In this document: positions 35,432 to 43,560 of the stretch, in pieces
Layout of the letters: each line of letters opens with the position of its first letter
Numbering within the stretch: the stretch's first letter is position 1
NCBI GenBank assembly: GCA_902788795.1
Contig: CADALS010000009.1
Location: 1 to 43,560 of the forward strand
Source of the DNA: an uncultured Eubacteriales bacterium
Lineage (GTDB): Bacteria; Bacillota; Clostridia; Peptostreptococcales; Anaerovoracaceae
Direction of reading: 5' to 3'
DNA: 43,560 nt
Made by a program: the position numbers and the translations under genes
The notes under the pieces: generated by a model
Databases searched by the model: none
What the model saw: only the letters and a program-made list of their open reading frames with translations
Told to the model about the DNA's origin: nothing

Positions 35432-36325
35432 ATGAAGTATTCGGAAAAGTGGGGCGACAGCATCGAATCAGCGGTGCAGCTTGCTCTTCAGGACCTTAAG
35501 CTTACCAGAGATCAAGTTACGGTTACTGTTTTGGAGCAGCCTTCCAAAGGTTTCTTTGGAATTGGATCCAAGCTCGCAAAAGTAAGAGTAGAAGAGATCG
35601 TTAAAGAAGAGCCTAAGGCCGAAAAAGTATTTACAGAAAACAAAGCTGTCAAAGAAAAAGCTGAACCTAAGAAGGCAGAAGCTAAGCCTGTAAAGGAAGA
35701 AAAGAAGGAAAAGCCGGAAGAAAAGCCTGCAAAAGCAGAGGAAAAGCCGGAAAGAAATCAGGCTGACAGAAAAAAGCGCAATAATAACAGAAAAAAGAGA
35801 AACGACAAAGTAAGGGAGTTCAAGATCGAGGGCGAGGCAGAGCAGATCTCCACACGTCCTGCAGACCTGGTAGATGCAACAGAGCATCCTTCCAAGGAAT
35901 TCCTTGAAAAGCTCATGAAGGAAATGGGCCTTGACGTAGAAGTAAAGGTTGCCACAAACGCAGAAAGCGTTTACGTAGACCTGGACGGCAAGGACACAGG
36001 AACAGTTATAGGAAAGCGCGGACAGACTCTGGATGCAGTCCAGTACCTTACAAGCCTGGTGGTAAATAAGGGAGAGGATGAATATATCAGAGTAATAGTG
36101 GACGCAGAAGGTTACAGGGCAAAGAGAGAGGCTACTCTCGAAAAGCTTGCTTACAGACTTGCAGAAAAGTCCGTTAAGACAGGCCGCAGCGTAAGGCTGG
36201 AGCCCATGAACCCCTACGAGAGAAAGGTTATCCACACCACTCTGCAGACAGTTCCTTCCGTTACTACAAGGAGCGAGGGCAATGAGCCCTACAGAAGGGT
36301 CGTAATCGAGCCCGCAAAGAAATAA
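35432..36325 (+). CDS. jag: Jag/KhpB RNA-binding protein (Jag_N, KH, R3H) with a K/E-rich linker
   Basis: The N-terminal Jag domain and the C-terminal R3H (LEPMNPYERKVIHTTLQ) are present. It sits in the conserved position after yidC. Confidence 0.9.
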   Translation: MKYSEKWGDSIESAVQLALQDLKLTRDQVTVTVLEQPSKGFFGIGSKLAKVRVEEIVKEEPKAEKVFTENKAVKEKAEPKKAEAKPVKEEKKEKPEEKPAKAEEKPERNQADRKKRNNNRKKRNDKVREFKIEGEAEQISTRPADLVDATEHPSKEFLEKLMKEMGLDVEVKVATNAESVYVDLDGKDTGTVIGKRGQTLDAVQYLTSLVVNKGEDEYIRVIVDAEGYRAKREATLEKLAYRLAEKSVKTGRSVRLEPMNPYERKVIHTTLQTVPSVTTRSEGNEPYRRVVIEPAKK

Positions 36326-36326
36326 T

Positions 36327-36355
36327 AAAAAGGAGCGGGAAACCGCTCCTTTTTA
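36327..36355 (+). terminator. Rho-independent terminator
   Basis: The hairpin is aaaaaggagcgg-gaaa-ccgctccttttt. Confidence 0.85.
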
Positions 36356-36368
36356 TCATAGTATCATA

Positions 36369-36397
36369 GGGGACGGTTCTCTATGCTAATTTCAGCA
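36369..36397 (+). repeat. Degenerate copy of the 787-1116 repeat family
   Basis: GGGGACGGTTCTC (36369-36381) is identical to the repeat core. The remainder (tatgctaatttcagca) matches aggtgccgacttcaca only loosely. Confidence 0.45.
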
Positions 36398-36426
36398 GGG
36401 GGGGACGCTCCTTGGTTTTAAAAAAT

Positions 36427-37845
36427 ATGAAAGAAACTACTATCGCTGCGATCTCAACTGCATACGGGGAGGCCGGAATAGGCATAGTCAGGATGAGTGG
36501 TCCTGACAGCCTTGCTGTGCTCAGAAAGGTGTTCGTTCCGCATGTGTGCAGAAAGAGCAGGGACGCGGCGGCTGGTTTTGATTACATGCCAAGGCACATG
36601 TATTACGGGCAGGCGGTGGCTGCGGATGGCAGCGCTATAGACGAGTGCCTGGCTGTTTATATGCCCGGTCCGTACAGCTACACCGGAGAGGATGTAGTGG
36701 AGCTGCAGTGCCACGGCAGTGTTATTTCCTATAAGAAAATTTTATCCGCTTTCCTTGATGCCGGCGCTGTTCCGGCTGAAAGAGGCGAGTTTACCAAGAG
36801 GGCCTTTATGAAAGGCAAGCTGGACCTTGCCCAGGCGGAGGCCGTTATAGATCTTATCAAGGCCAGGGGCACCAAAGGCTTTGAGTGCGCCCTGGATCAG
36901 TACTCCGGTTCTTTATCTGAGAAGGTAAAAAGCATCAGGTCCGGTCTTATGGACGTGCTTGTGCAGCTTACCGTAAACATGGATTATCCTGACGAAGATA
37001 TAGAGCAGGTAGTTTACACTGATCTATTAAATCGTATATCGTTAATAGACGATGAAATATTGAAATTAAAAGATTCTTCCAACGAAGGCCGCATACTTAA
37101 AGAGGGTCTTAAGGTAGCTATAGTAGGAAAACCTAACGTCGGAAAGTCCTCTGTTTTAAACATGCTGCTTGGAGCAGACAGGAGCATAGTAACTGATGTT
37201 CCTGGAACGACCAGGGATACAATAGAGGAACAGATAGCCCTGCGCGGCATTACTGTTTGCTTTGTGGATACCGCAGGAATCCACGAATCAGACGACAAAG
37301 TAGAAAGCATAGGAATAGAAAGAAGCAAGGACGCTTTCAATAAAGCGGACCTTGTGCTGCTGGTCCTGGATGCTTCAAGGGAGCTCGAAGCAGAAGACAG
37401 GCAGCTACTGGAGCTTTCTAAGGGCAGGCCGGTCATAATAATTTCTAATAAGCAGGACCTTATAGATAAGCCTGCAGAAAAGGAAGAAAAGCTTGCCGCG
37501 GCCGTGGAAACTCTGCTTGGAAGCAAGGCGGACATAGTCCGCATAGCAGCCATCAGGGGAGAGGGCCTGGAGCTTCTTGAGGACAAAATAGAAGAATTCG
37601 TTACCGGCGGCAAGGTCCGCAGGGAAGACGATGTTATAGTAACGAATGTAAGGCACGCAAGGCTTCTGGAGCAGGCTCACGCGGAGCTGGCTCAGGCGGC
37701 CGGAATGGTAAAAGCCGGGGAGGCCATGGACTTTGTGGAGGTCAATATAAGGTCTGCATTCGATTTTCTTGGAGAGATAATAGGAGAGACTGCCGGGGAC
37801 GAGGTTCTGACCGAGGTCTTCAGCAGGTTCTGCCTTGGAAAATAG
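36427..37845 (+). CDS. mnmE: tRNA modification GTPase MnmE
   Basis: I prefer the ATG at 36427. It has the G1 motif GKPNVGKSS and DTAGI, the sequence NKQDL, and the C-terminal CLGK. Confidence 0.93.
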   Translation: MKETTIAAISTAYGEAGIGIVRMSGPDSLAVLRKVFVPHVCRKSRDAAAGFDYMPRHMYYGQAVAADGSAIDECLAVYMPGPYSYTGEDVVELQCHGSVISYKKILSAFLDAGAVPAERGEFTKRAFMKGKLDLAQAEAVIDLIKARGTKGFECALDQYSGSLSEKVKSIRSGLMDVLVQLTVNMDYPDEDIEQVVYTDLLNRISLIDDEILKLKDSSNEGRILKEGLKVAIVGKPNVGKSSVLNMLLGADRSIVTDVPGTTRDTIEEQIALRGITVCFVDTAGIHESDDKVESIGIERSKDAFNKADLVLLVLDASRELEAEDRQLLELSKGRPVIIISNKQDLIDKPAEKEEKLAAAVETLLGSKADIVRIAAIRGEGLELLEDKIEEFVTGGKVRREDDVIVTNVRHARLLEQAHAELAQAAGMVKAGEAMDFVEVNIRSAFDFLGEIIGETAGDEVLTEVFSRFCLGK

Positions 37846-39736
37846 CTTGGGAGCAGATTTGGAAACTTATAAGCTTGGAAAATTTGATGTTGTAGTTATA
37901 GGCGCGGGCCACGCTGGCTGCGAGGCCGGTCTTGCTGCTGCCAGAATGGGTAAAAAGACCCTGCTGCTGTCAATAAATCTTGAGGCAGTGGCCAATATGT
38001 TCTGCAATCCTGCCATCGGGGGCACCGGAAAGGGCCACCTGGTAAGGGAGATCGACGCTCTTGGCGGCGAAATGGGTGTAAATATAGATAAAACTTACAT
38101 CCAGTCCAGGATGCTGAACGTTTCCAAGGGGCCGGCGGTGCATTCTTTAAGGGCTCAGGCGGACAAGAGGCGCTACCACGAGGAAATGAAGAAGACCCTC
38201 GAGACCTGCGATAACCTTCTGATGAAGCAGGGCGAGGCCATAGATATAGATTTTGATGAAAACGGCAGGGTAAAGGGCGTGCTGCTGCGCACCGGCGCGT
38301 ACTACGAATGCAGCGCTGTGGTTATCGCTACCGGAACTTTCCTTGGCGGAAAGATATTTATCGGAGAGAGCGTAGTGGAGAGCGGTCCAAACGGACTGGC
38401 TCCATCCACTATTCTTACTGAAAATCTTAAGAAAAAGGGCCTTCTTTTAAGGCGTTTCAAGACCGGCACTCCCGCAAGATGCCTGGCTGCATCCCTTGAT
38501 TTTTCAAAGATGCAGGTCCAGGAGGGGGATCCTGTGCCTGTTCCGTTCTCATTTATGAACGAGGACATCACAAAAGAGCAGGCAAAGTGCTGGCTGACAT
38601 ATACAAATGAGGAAACTCACAAGATAATAAGGGCGAATTTCGGCAGATCTGCGCTGTTCGGCGGCCAGATAGAGGGCGTCGGCCCCAGGTATTGTCCTTC
38701 TATAGAGTCCAAGCTGGACCGTTTCCCGGATAAGGAGAGGCATCAGCTCTTTGTGGAGCCGGAAGGGCTCTCAACTTCCGAGATGTACCTTCAGGGCATG
38801 AGCACTTCTCTGCCGGAGGACGTCCAGGAGGCTTTCTACAAGACCATCCCTGGCCTTGAAAATATAAGGATAGTAAGGGCTGCGTACGCTATCGAGTACG
38901 ACTGTATAGATCCGCTTGAGCTGAAGCTTTCTCTGGAGCACAAGCGCTACTCGGGACTGTTCTGCGCAGGCCAGTTCAACGGGTCTTCTGGATATGAAGA
39001 GGCTGCGGCCCAGGGCCTGATGGCTGGTATTAATGCCGCGCTGTGGCTGGACGGCAAGGATCCATTTGTTCTGGACAGGTCCGAGGGCTACATTGGCGTG
39101 CTTATAGACGATCTTGTTACCAAGGGCACCAACGAGCCCTACAGGATGATGACTTCCCGCGCGGAGTACAGGCTTATTTTAAGGCAGGATAACGCGGACC
39201 TGAGGCTTACAGAGAAGGGCAGAGCTATAGGCCTGGTGTCAGATGAGCGCTGGGAGAAGTTCTGCGTGGATAAGGCTGCTTACGAGGCGGAGCTTGAAAG
39301 GCTTGAAAATTCAACGATTTCGCCGTCCGAGGCCAACGAGTGGCTGACTGGGCTTGGCAGTGCGCCGCTGGATAACAGGGCCAGCCTGGCGGAGCTTTTA
39401 AGAAGGCCGGAGGTAACTTATGACAACCTTGCGGCAGTAGATAAGAACAGGCCGGAGCTCCATTACCATGTGAGGACCAAGGTGGAAGTCGCGCTGAAAT
39501 ACTCCGGTTACATAGAAAAGCAGCTGGAACAGGTGGAGAAGTTCAAGAAGCTGGAGACCAGGCTGATACCGGAAGGCATAGATTACGAGGCGATAACGGG
39601 TCTTAGGAACGAGGCCAAGGAGAAGCTTTCGGAGCTGAGGCCGGTGTCTATAGGCCAGGCGTCCAGGATCTCTGGTGTTTCTCCGGCGGATATAAACGTT
39701 CTGCTGGTGTACCTGGAGAAGATAAGAAGGCAGTAG
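37835..39736 (+). CDS. mnmG: tRNA uridine 5-carboxymethylaminomethyl modification enzyme MnmG (GidA)
   Basis: It has the FAD motif [16 protein letters not shown]. No ATG precedes this motif. Candidate TTG starts are at 37835, 37847 and 37859, and the last has GGGAG 5 nt upstream. Confidence 0.93.
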   Translation: MENSLGADLETYKLGKFDVVVIGAGHAGCEAGLAAARMGKKTLLLSINLEAVANMFCNPAIGGTGKGHLVREIDALGGEMGVNIDKTYIQSRMLNVSKGPAVHSLRAQADKRRYHEEMKKTLETCDNLLMKQGEAIDIDFDENGRVKGVLLRTGAYYECSAVVIATGTFLGGKIFIGESVVESGPNGLAPSTILTENLKKKGLLLRRFKTGTPARCLAASLDFSKMQVQEGDPVPVPFSFMNEDITKEQAKCWLTYTNEETHKIIRANFGRSALFGGQIEGVGPRYCPSIESKLDRFPDKERHQLFVEPEGLSTSEMYLQGMSTSLPEDVQEAFYKTIPGLENIRIVRAAYAIEYDCIDPLELKLSLEHKRYSGLFCAGQFNGSSGYEEAAAQGLMAGINAALWLDGKDPFVLDRSEGYIGVLIDDLVTKGTNEPYRMMTSRAEYRLILRQDNADLRLTEKGRAIGLVSDERWEKFCVDKAAYEAELERLENSTISPSEANEWLTGLGSAPLDNRASLAELLRRPEVTYDNLAAVDKNRPELHYHVRTKVEVALKYSGYIEKQLEQVEKFKKLETRLIPEGIDYEAITGLRNEAKEKLSELRPVSIGQASRISGVSPADINVLLVYLEKIRRQ

Positions 39737-39766
39737 GCAGAGAAAGTTTTTGCGCGGCGGTTAGAA

Positions 39767-40450
39767 ATGGAAAATAATACCAATTATATAGAATTGTATA
39801 AGGGAGACGACAGGTTTTCCAGGCTTGCGGATCTGATCCTGGAGTGGAACGAAAAGATAAACGTTACCGCTATCAGGGATAAGTCCGAGTTTATGAAAAA
39901 GAACGTGGAGGACTCACTTGCGATCCTCGGAAGGCCTGAATTTTCAACGGCCTTGAGGATTTTGGATCTCGGTACGGGAGGAGGGTTTCCCGGACTTCCG
40001 CTAGCTTTGGCAGCGCCGGAAAAGAGCTTTGTTCTTATGGACAGCGTGGGAAAGAAGCTTAAGGTCGTGGCAGATGTTGCTGAGCAGCTGGGGCTTACTA
40101 ACGTGGAAGTGATCCACGCCAGGGCAGAGGACCTTGCGCAGAAGAAGGAGTACAGGGAGAGCTTCGATCTTGTTGTTTCCAGGGCTGTGGCTAACATGAG
40201 CACACTTTCCGAGTACTGCCTGCCTTTTGTTAAGAAGGGCGGATACTTTGTGGCTTACAAGACTGCCGGTGCTGCAGAGGAGATAAAGGCTGCGGAGAAG
40301 GCAATAAGTCTGCTGGGAGGCGCTCCTGCTGTTACAGAGGCCGGAGGAAGCAAGGAGGATGAGCATCTTTTCGTAATAGTAAAGAAGGAGAAGCAGACTC
40401 CTGCCAAGTATCCCAGGAAAGCCGGACTTCCTTCCAAGCAGCCGCTTTAG
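39767..40450 (+). CDS. rsmG: 16S rRNA (guanine527-N7)-methyltransferase RsmG (GidB)
   Basis: It has the SAM motif ILDLGTGGGFPGLPLA and sits in the conserved position after mnmG. Confidence 0.92.
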   Translation: MENNTNYIELYKGDDRFSRLADLILEWNEKINVTAIRDKSEFMKKNVEDSLAILGRPEFSTALRILDLGTGGGFPGLPLALAAPEKSFVLMDSVGKKLKVVADVAEQLGLTNVEVIHARAEDLAQKKEYRESFDLVVSRAVANMSTLSEYCLPFVKKGGYFVAYKTAGAAEEIKAAEKAISLLGGAPAVTEAGGSKEDEHLFVIVKKEKQTPAKYPRKAGLPSKQPL

Positions 40451-40517
40451 AGGTATTTGGACTTCGGGGAGAGCTTTTGAGAGTAGGTTCTTCCTTATAT
40501 AGTATTATGACCAATAT

Positions 40518-40552
40518 AGACCACAAGATAGAGTATATTCTGTGGTCTTTTA
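40518..40552 (+). terminator. Possible terminator after rsmG
   Basis: The stem agaccaca/tgtggtct has a 15-nt loop and is followed by TTTATATT. The loop is large, so this is tentative. Confidence 0.35.
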
Positions 40553-40590
40553 TATTATGGAGGAAATGTAGAGCATCTGAGGGTGTATTA

Positions 40591-40606
40591 TGTTTCACGT
40601 GAAACA
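40591..40606. other. parS: parS site 1
   Basis: TGTTTCACGTGAAACA is a perfect 16-bp palindrome that matches the Firmicute parS consensus TGTTNCACGTGAAACA. Confidence 0.9.
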
Positions 40607-40631
40607 GTATTGGAAGTAGAGCGGCTCCAGC

Positions 40632-40647
40632 TGTTTCACGTGAAACA
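40632..40647. other. parS: parS site 2
   Basis: The sequence TGTTTCACGTGAAACA is identical to site 1. Confidence 0.9.
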
Positions 40648-40670
40648 TGTTGAGTGGCACCTGGCTTTGG

Positions 40671-40686
40671 TGTTTCACGTGAAACA
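40671..40686. other. parS: parS site 3
   Basis: The sequence TGTTTCACGTGAAACA is identical to site 1. Confidence 0.9.
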
Positions 40687-40783
40687 TTCTAAACGTAGAA
40701 GAAAAGCAAGTCTTGGTTGTGGGCTGAAAGACTGGCGTGCTTGTCCGGTAACAGCCTAAATATTAGCGCAAAACGCCATTTTC

Positions 40784-40792
40784 TTATCCACA
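40784..40792 (+). promoter_or_regulatory. Isolated perfect DnaA box inside the parS cluster
   Basis: The box is TTATCCACA. The extended string TCCACAGGTTTT also occurs at 31618-31629 in the dnaA-dnaN box cluster. Confidence 0.5.
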
Positions 40793-40924
40793 GGTTTTAC
40801 ACAGGCTGTCTGGGCGCCACAATAGATGCAGAGAAATACAGTAATTTCAAGCACTTTCAGGCTCACAGCCAGGAACCGGGTGTTAAGAGAAATCTCGTAC
40901 GAAACACAAATCCGTGAAAATCAC

Positions 40925-40940
40925 TGTTTCACGTGAAACA
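40925..40940. other. parS: parS site 4
   Basis: The sequence is TGTTTCACGTGAAACA. It lies 12 bp upstream of the -35 of the putative parA promoter. Confidence 0.9.
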
Positions 40941-40952
40941 CTCATTATTCAT

Positions 40953-40981
40953 TTGTATTAAAAACCACCGCGTAGTATAAT
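40953..40981 (+). promoter_or_regulatory. Putative parA-parB promoter
   Basis: The elements are TTGTAT (40953-40958), a 17-nt spacer, and TATAAT (40976-40981). Confidence 0.55.
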
Positions 40982-41049
40982 AAATGTAATCAAAAGAGTG
41001 TATTGCGCAGCGCCGCGCTGCGGGAAAACGGAGAGTAAAGGAAGAGACT

Positions 41050-41829
41050 ATGGGAAAAGCAATAGCAATATTCAATCAGAAGGGTGGAGTTGGCAAAACC
41101 ACCACGAATATCAACCTGGCTGCGTGCCTCGCGCTCAAGGGTAAGAAGATCCTGGTTCTGGACATAGATCCTCAGGGAAATACCACCAGCGGTCTTGGAA
41201 TCTCCAAGAAAAACCTAGGCGCAACAAGCTATGACCTTATAATCGAGGAAGGGATCGATCCCTACACCACGATCTACAACACAAAAGTCAAGAACATGGA
41301 CATAATCCCGGCAAGCGTTGATCTCTCAGGCGCCGAGATAGAGCTTGTTCAGCTGGAAGGCAGGGAAAAACGCCTTAAAAGGGCTCTGGACATAGTTCGC
41401 GGAGGCTATGATTACATATTCGTAGACTGCCCGCCGAGCTTAAGCCTTCTTACCATCAACGCTCTTACCGCTGTGGACTCCGTTCTTGTACCTATACAGT
41501 GCGAATTCTACGCTCTGGAAGGCGTAAGCCAGCTGGTAAGCACCATAGACCTTGTCAGAAGGAGCTTCAATCCCAAGCTTGGCCTGCAGGGCGTTATCCT
41601 TTCCATGTTCGACGGAAGAGCAAACCTTTCAATACAGGTGGCAGACGAGGTCAAGAAGTTCTTCGGCAGCAAGATGTATTCCACAGTAATTCCAAGGAAT
41701 GTAAGGCTTGCCGAGGCTCCAGGCTACGGTCTTCCTATCACAAGCTACGACCCCAGATCCAAGGGCGCCAGGGCTTACATGGCGTTTGCGGACGAGTTCC
41801 TTAAGATGGAGGCAGCTAATGGCCAGTAA
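41050..41829 (+). CDS. soj: Chromosome partitioning ATPase ParA/Soj
   Basis: It has the deviant Walker A motif NQKGGVGKTTT and the sequences VLDIDPQGN and IFVDCPPSL. Confidence 0.95.
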   Translation: MGKAIAIFNQKGGVGKTTTNINLAACLALKGKKILVLDIDPQGNTTSGLGISKKNLGATSYDLIIEEGIDPYTTIYNTKVKNMDIIPASVDLSGAEIELVQLEGREKRLKRALDIVRGGYDYIFVDCPPSLSLLTINALTAVDSVLVPIQCEFYALEGVSQLVSTIDLVRRSFNPKLGLQGVILSMFDGRANLSIQVADEVKKFFGSKMYSTVIPRNVRLAEAPGYGLPITSYDPRSKGARAYMAFADEFLKMEAANGQ

Positions 41830-42832
41830 GAAAAAGGGCGGTCTGGGAAGAGGTCTCGAGTACCTCTTTGCTGATGGCATACTGACCCAACCGGCTTCTG
41901 TTATCGATCCCGGCAGCGCAGACGCAGCGGAAGAACCTGTTCTCCAGCCTGTTGCAAGGTCTGCTGCAGATCCCGCAAAGCCCAGTGATATCAACGCTTC
42001 CCGGCCTCAGACCAGGCGCGCTTCACAAGAAGATGCATCGGCTGAGAGGGTCGTTTATATCAATCTGAACGATATAAAACCGAACTCCGCGCAGCCCAGA
42101 AAGGTCTTCGATCAGGAGGCTCTGCAGGAGCTTGCGGACTCCATAAAGACCTACGGAGTCATTCAGCCGGTACTTTTAAGGCCGGCTGCAAAGGGCTACG
42201 AGCTGGTGGCAGGAGAGCGTCGCTGGAGAGCCGCAAGGCTTGCGGAGCTCAAGACCATCCCTGCTATCGTAAGGGAACTGGACGAGCGCCAGAACGCCTT
42301 CTACGCGCTGATAGAAAACATGCAGCGTGAGGACCTGGACCCAATAGAGGAAGCCGAAGGTATACAGGAAATAATTGGTAATTATGGCCTCACCCAGGAA
42401 GAAGCCTCCAAAGTAGTAGGGAAATCCAGGGCATACGTGACAAATGCGCTGCGCATACTCAAGCTCCCGCAGGAAGTTCGGGACCTTGTGCAGGGCAAGC
42501 AGCTGTCTGCAGGGCACGCAAGGGCTATAGCCGGCCTGGAGACGGAAGAGCTCCAGCTTGCAGCCGCTCTTAAGGCCGCAAAGGAGGGCTGGTCCGTAAG
42601 GCAGATCGAGTCCTACACTCAGGTGCAGGCAAAGCCTAAAAAGCGCAAAAAGACTGCAAGATCAAGGCTTAAGAGCCCCGATGTCCGCGCGGTGGAAGAA
42701 GACCTGAGCCAGACCCTGGGGACCAGAGTCGCCATCAACGGCTCCGAAAAGAAGGGCAAAATAGAGATCGAATACTTCTCCAGAGACGAGCTGGACAGGC
42801 TCATAGACCTGCTCTCCGAAAAGGCGGTGTAG
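41819..42832 (+). CDS. spo0J: Chromosome partitioning protein ParB/Spo0J
   Basis: I prefer the ATG at 41819 (MASKKKGGLGRGLEYLF), which overlaps the parA end by 11 nt. It has the ParB box GERRWRAA and the HTH GLTQEEASKVVGKSRAYVTNALRILKL. The track ORF start at 41708 lies inside parA. Confidence 0.93.
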   Translation: MASKKKGGLGRGLEYLFADGILTQPASVIDPGSADAAEEPVLQPVARSAADPAKPSDINASRPQTRRASQEDASAERVVYINLNDIKPNSAQPRKVFDQEALQELADSIKTYGVIQPVLLRPAAKGYELVAGERRWRAARLAELKTIPAIVRELDERQNAFYALIENMQREDLDPIEEAEGIQEIIGNYGLTQEEASKVVGKSRAYVTNALRILKLPQEVRDLVQGKQLSAGHARAIAGLETEELQLAAALKAAKEGWSVRQIESYTQVQAKPKKRKKTARSRLKSPDVRAVEEDLSQTLGTRVAINGSEKKGKIEIEYFSRDELDRLIDLLSEKAV

Positions 42833-42849
42833 GAAAAATAGCCTAAAAC

Positions 42850-42881
42850 AAAGACAGCACCTTTACGGGTGCTGTCTTTTC
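42850..42881. terminator. Terminator after parB
   Basis: The hairpin is gacagcacc-tttac-gggtgctgtc, followed by TTTTCT. Confidence 0.8.
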
Positions 42882-42943
42882 TATGGGCGTTTCTTACTCC
42901 AGTATGGAAGTGAGAACTGATTTGGGCGGCTGAGGCGCTTGCC

Positions 42944-43384
42944 TTAGCCTTCGATCATGATGACCTTCTTTTCAGGAACCTTAGCGTAGTCCTTCTTGGC
43001 CACTGTCAGGTTCAGGACGCCGTGCTCGAACTTGGCCTTGATATCTTCATCGGTAAGATTCTTGCCAACGTAGAAGCTCCTCTGCATTGCGCCAGAGTAA
43101 CGCTCCTGACGGATCAGCTTGCCAGCCTTGTCTTTTTCGTCCTTGTCCAGACCCTTGGCTGCGCTTACGGTAAGGTAACCGTCCTTCAGCTCCAGGCTGA
43201 TCTCTTCTTTCTTGAAGCCCGGCAGGTCTATGTCAAGCTCGTAGTGATCATCGTGCTCGCGCACATCGGTCTTCATAACGTGGTCTGCACGTCTGCCGTA
43301 CAGCTCCTTGTCGATGTTCCCGAACTCCGGGAAGTTGAACCAACCGTCAAACAGGTTTTCTCCGAAAATACTAGGCATTAACAT
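42944..43384 (-). CDS. Small heat-shock protein (Hsp20/alpha-crystallin family)
   Basis: I prefer the ATG at 43384 (MLMPSIFGENLF), which has AAAGGAGG upstream. The alpha-crystallin core is MKTDVREHDDHYELDIDLPGFKKEEISLELKDGYLTVSA...FEHGVLNLTV. Confidence 0.9.
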   Translation of the reverse strand: MLMPSIFGENLFDGWFNFPEFGNIDKELYGRRADHVMKTDVREHDDHYELDIDLPGFKKEEISLELKDGYLTVSAAKGLDKDEKDKAGKLIRQERYSGAMQRSFYVGKNLTDEDIKAKFEHGVLNLTVAKKDYAKVPEKKVIMIEG

Positions 43385-43523
43385 TTTATGTTCCTCCTTT
43401 TGCAAAGATATTTGTGAATTGATTGCGGAGATCAAAGCTCCGACACTTGCTATTGAGGCAGCCGCTTTATTGCGGGCTGTCATCCTGAGGACCTCTTGCG
43501 GCCCTTTTCCTTTGGACAACTAT

Positions 43524-43552
43524 GTTATAGCACTTTTGTTAGCACTCGTCAA
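43524..43552 (-). promoter_or_regulatory. Sigma-A-type promoter for hsp20
   Basis: The minus strand reads TTGACG (43552-43547), a 17-nt spacer, and TATAAC (43529-43524). Confidence 0.6.
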
Positions 43553-43560
43553 TAGTGAGT
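43539..43560. promoter_or_regulatory. CIRCE (HrcA operator), truncated by the window end
   Basis: The sequence is TTAGCACTC-GTCAATAGT-GAGT..., against the consensus TTAGCACTC-N9-GAGTGCTAA. It overlaps the -35 of the hsp20 promoter. Confidence 0.75.

Noticed and set aside
30262-36235. The ORFs at 30262..31212(-), 32019..32648(-) and 35468..36235(-), which overlap dnaA, dnaN and jag.
   Set aside because: They are shadow ORFs opposite highly conserved genes.
40717-40917. A 66-aa ORF between parS3 and parS4.
   Set aside because: It has a TTG start and no RBS, and its translation shows no features. The region is better explained as regulatory or centromere DNA. An ncRNA cannot be excluded, but I see no supporting structure.
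40591-40940. A regularly spaced 16-bp repeat with 23-25-bp spacers, which could be mistaken for a mini CRISPR array.
   Set aside because: The repeat is the palindromic parS consensus. It is far shorter than CRISPR repeats, the fourth copy is 238 bp away, and no cas genes are present.

Overview
This window covers the chromosomal replication origin of a Gram-positive, Clostridia-like Firmicute. The backbone is GC-rich. Hand counts of single 60-nt lines give 37/60 GC at 8281-8340 and 33/60 at 26401-26460. The core genes are gyrA and gyrB (minus strand), a DnaA-box cluster, dnaA, a second DnaA-box cluster, then dnaN, recF, rpmH, rnpA, yidD, yidC, jag, mnmE, mnmG and rsmG, a cluster of four perfect parS sites, parA (soj), parB (spo0J), and a convergent hsp20 whose promoter overlaps a CIRCE operator. 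The left third (1-9775) holds housekeeping and envelope genes: a membrane permease fragment, a Cys-rich repeat lipoprotein, a DUF2974 hydrolase, an SDR, an S1 protease, a CBS-type family II pyrophosphatase, an MscS channel, a VanY-like peptidase and a 2-hydroxyacid dehydrogenase. The accessory part is a ~12.3 kb strongly AT-rich element (16/60 GC at 10381-10440). It is inserted in a tRNA-Pro(CGG) gene and bounded by perfect 99-bp direct repeats (10222-10320 and 22511-22609). It carries a tyrosine integrase, a serine recombinase, an XRE switch region, a SprT-like metalloprotease and an operon of small unknown genes. It has no virion, relaxase or conjugation genes. The most interesting cargo is a divergent pair: a WYL-domain (BrxR/CapW-like) regulator next to a 704-aa protein that fuses DUF4116-type repeats, a complete calcineurin-like metallophosphoesterase motif set and an unassignable C-terminal domain. 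I propose this pair as a candidate undescribed, WYL-controlled single-effector defence (or counter-defence) module. Other notable points are the flipped dnaA-dnaN-recF block relative to the canonical Firmicute origin layout, a consensus promoter inside the recF 3' end that faces rpmH, the parS cluster abutting the soj promoter, a GC trough around oriC, and a REP/MITE-like inverted repeat block. All calls come from reading the sequence and ORF translations. No database search was run.
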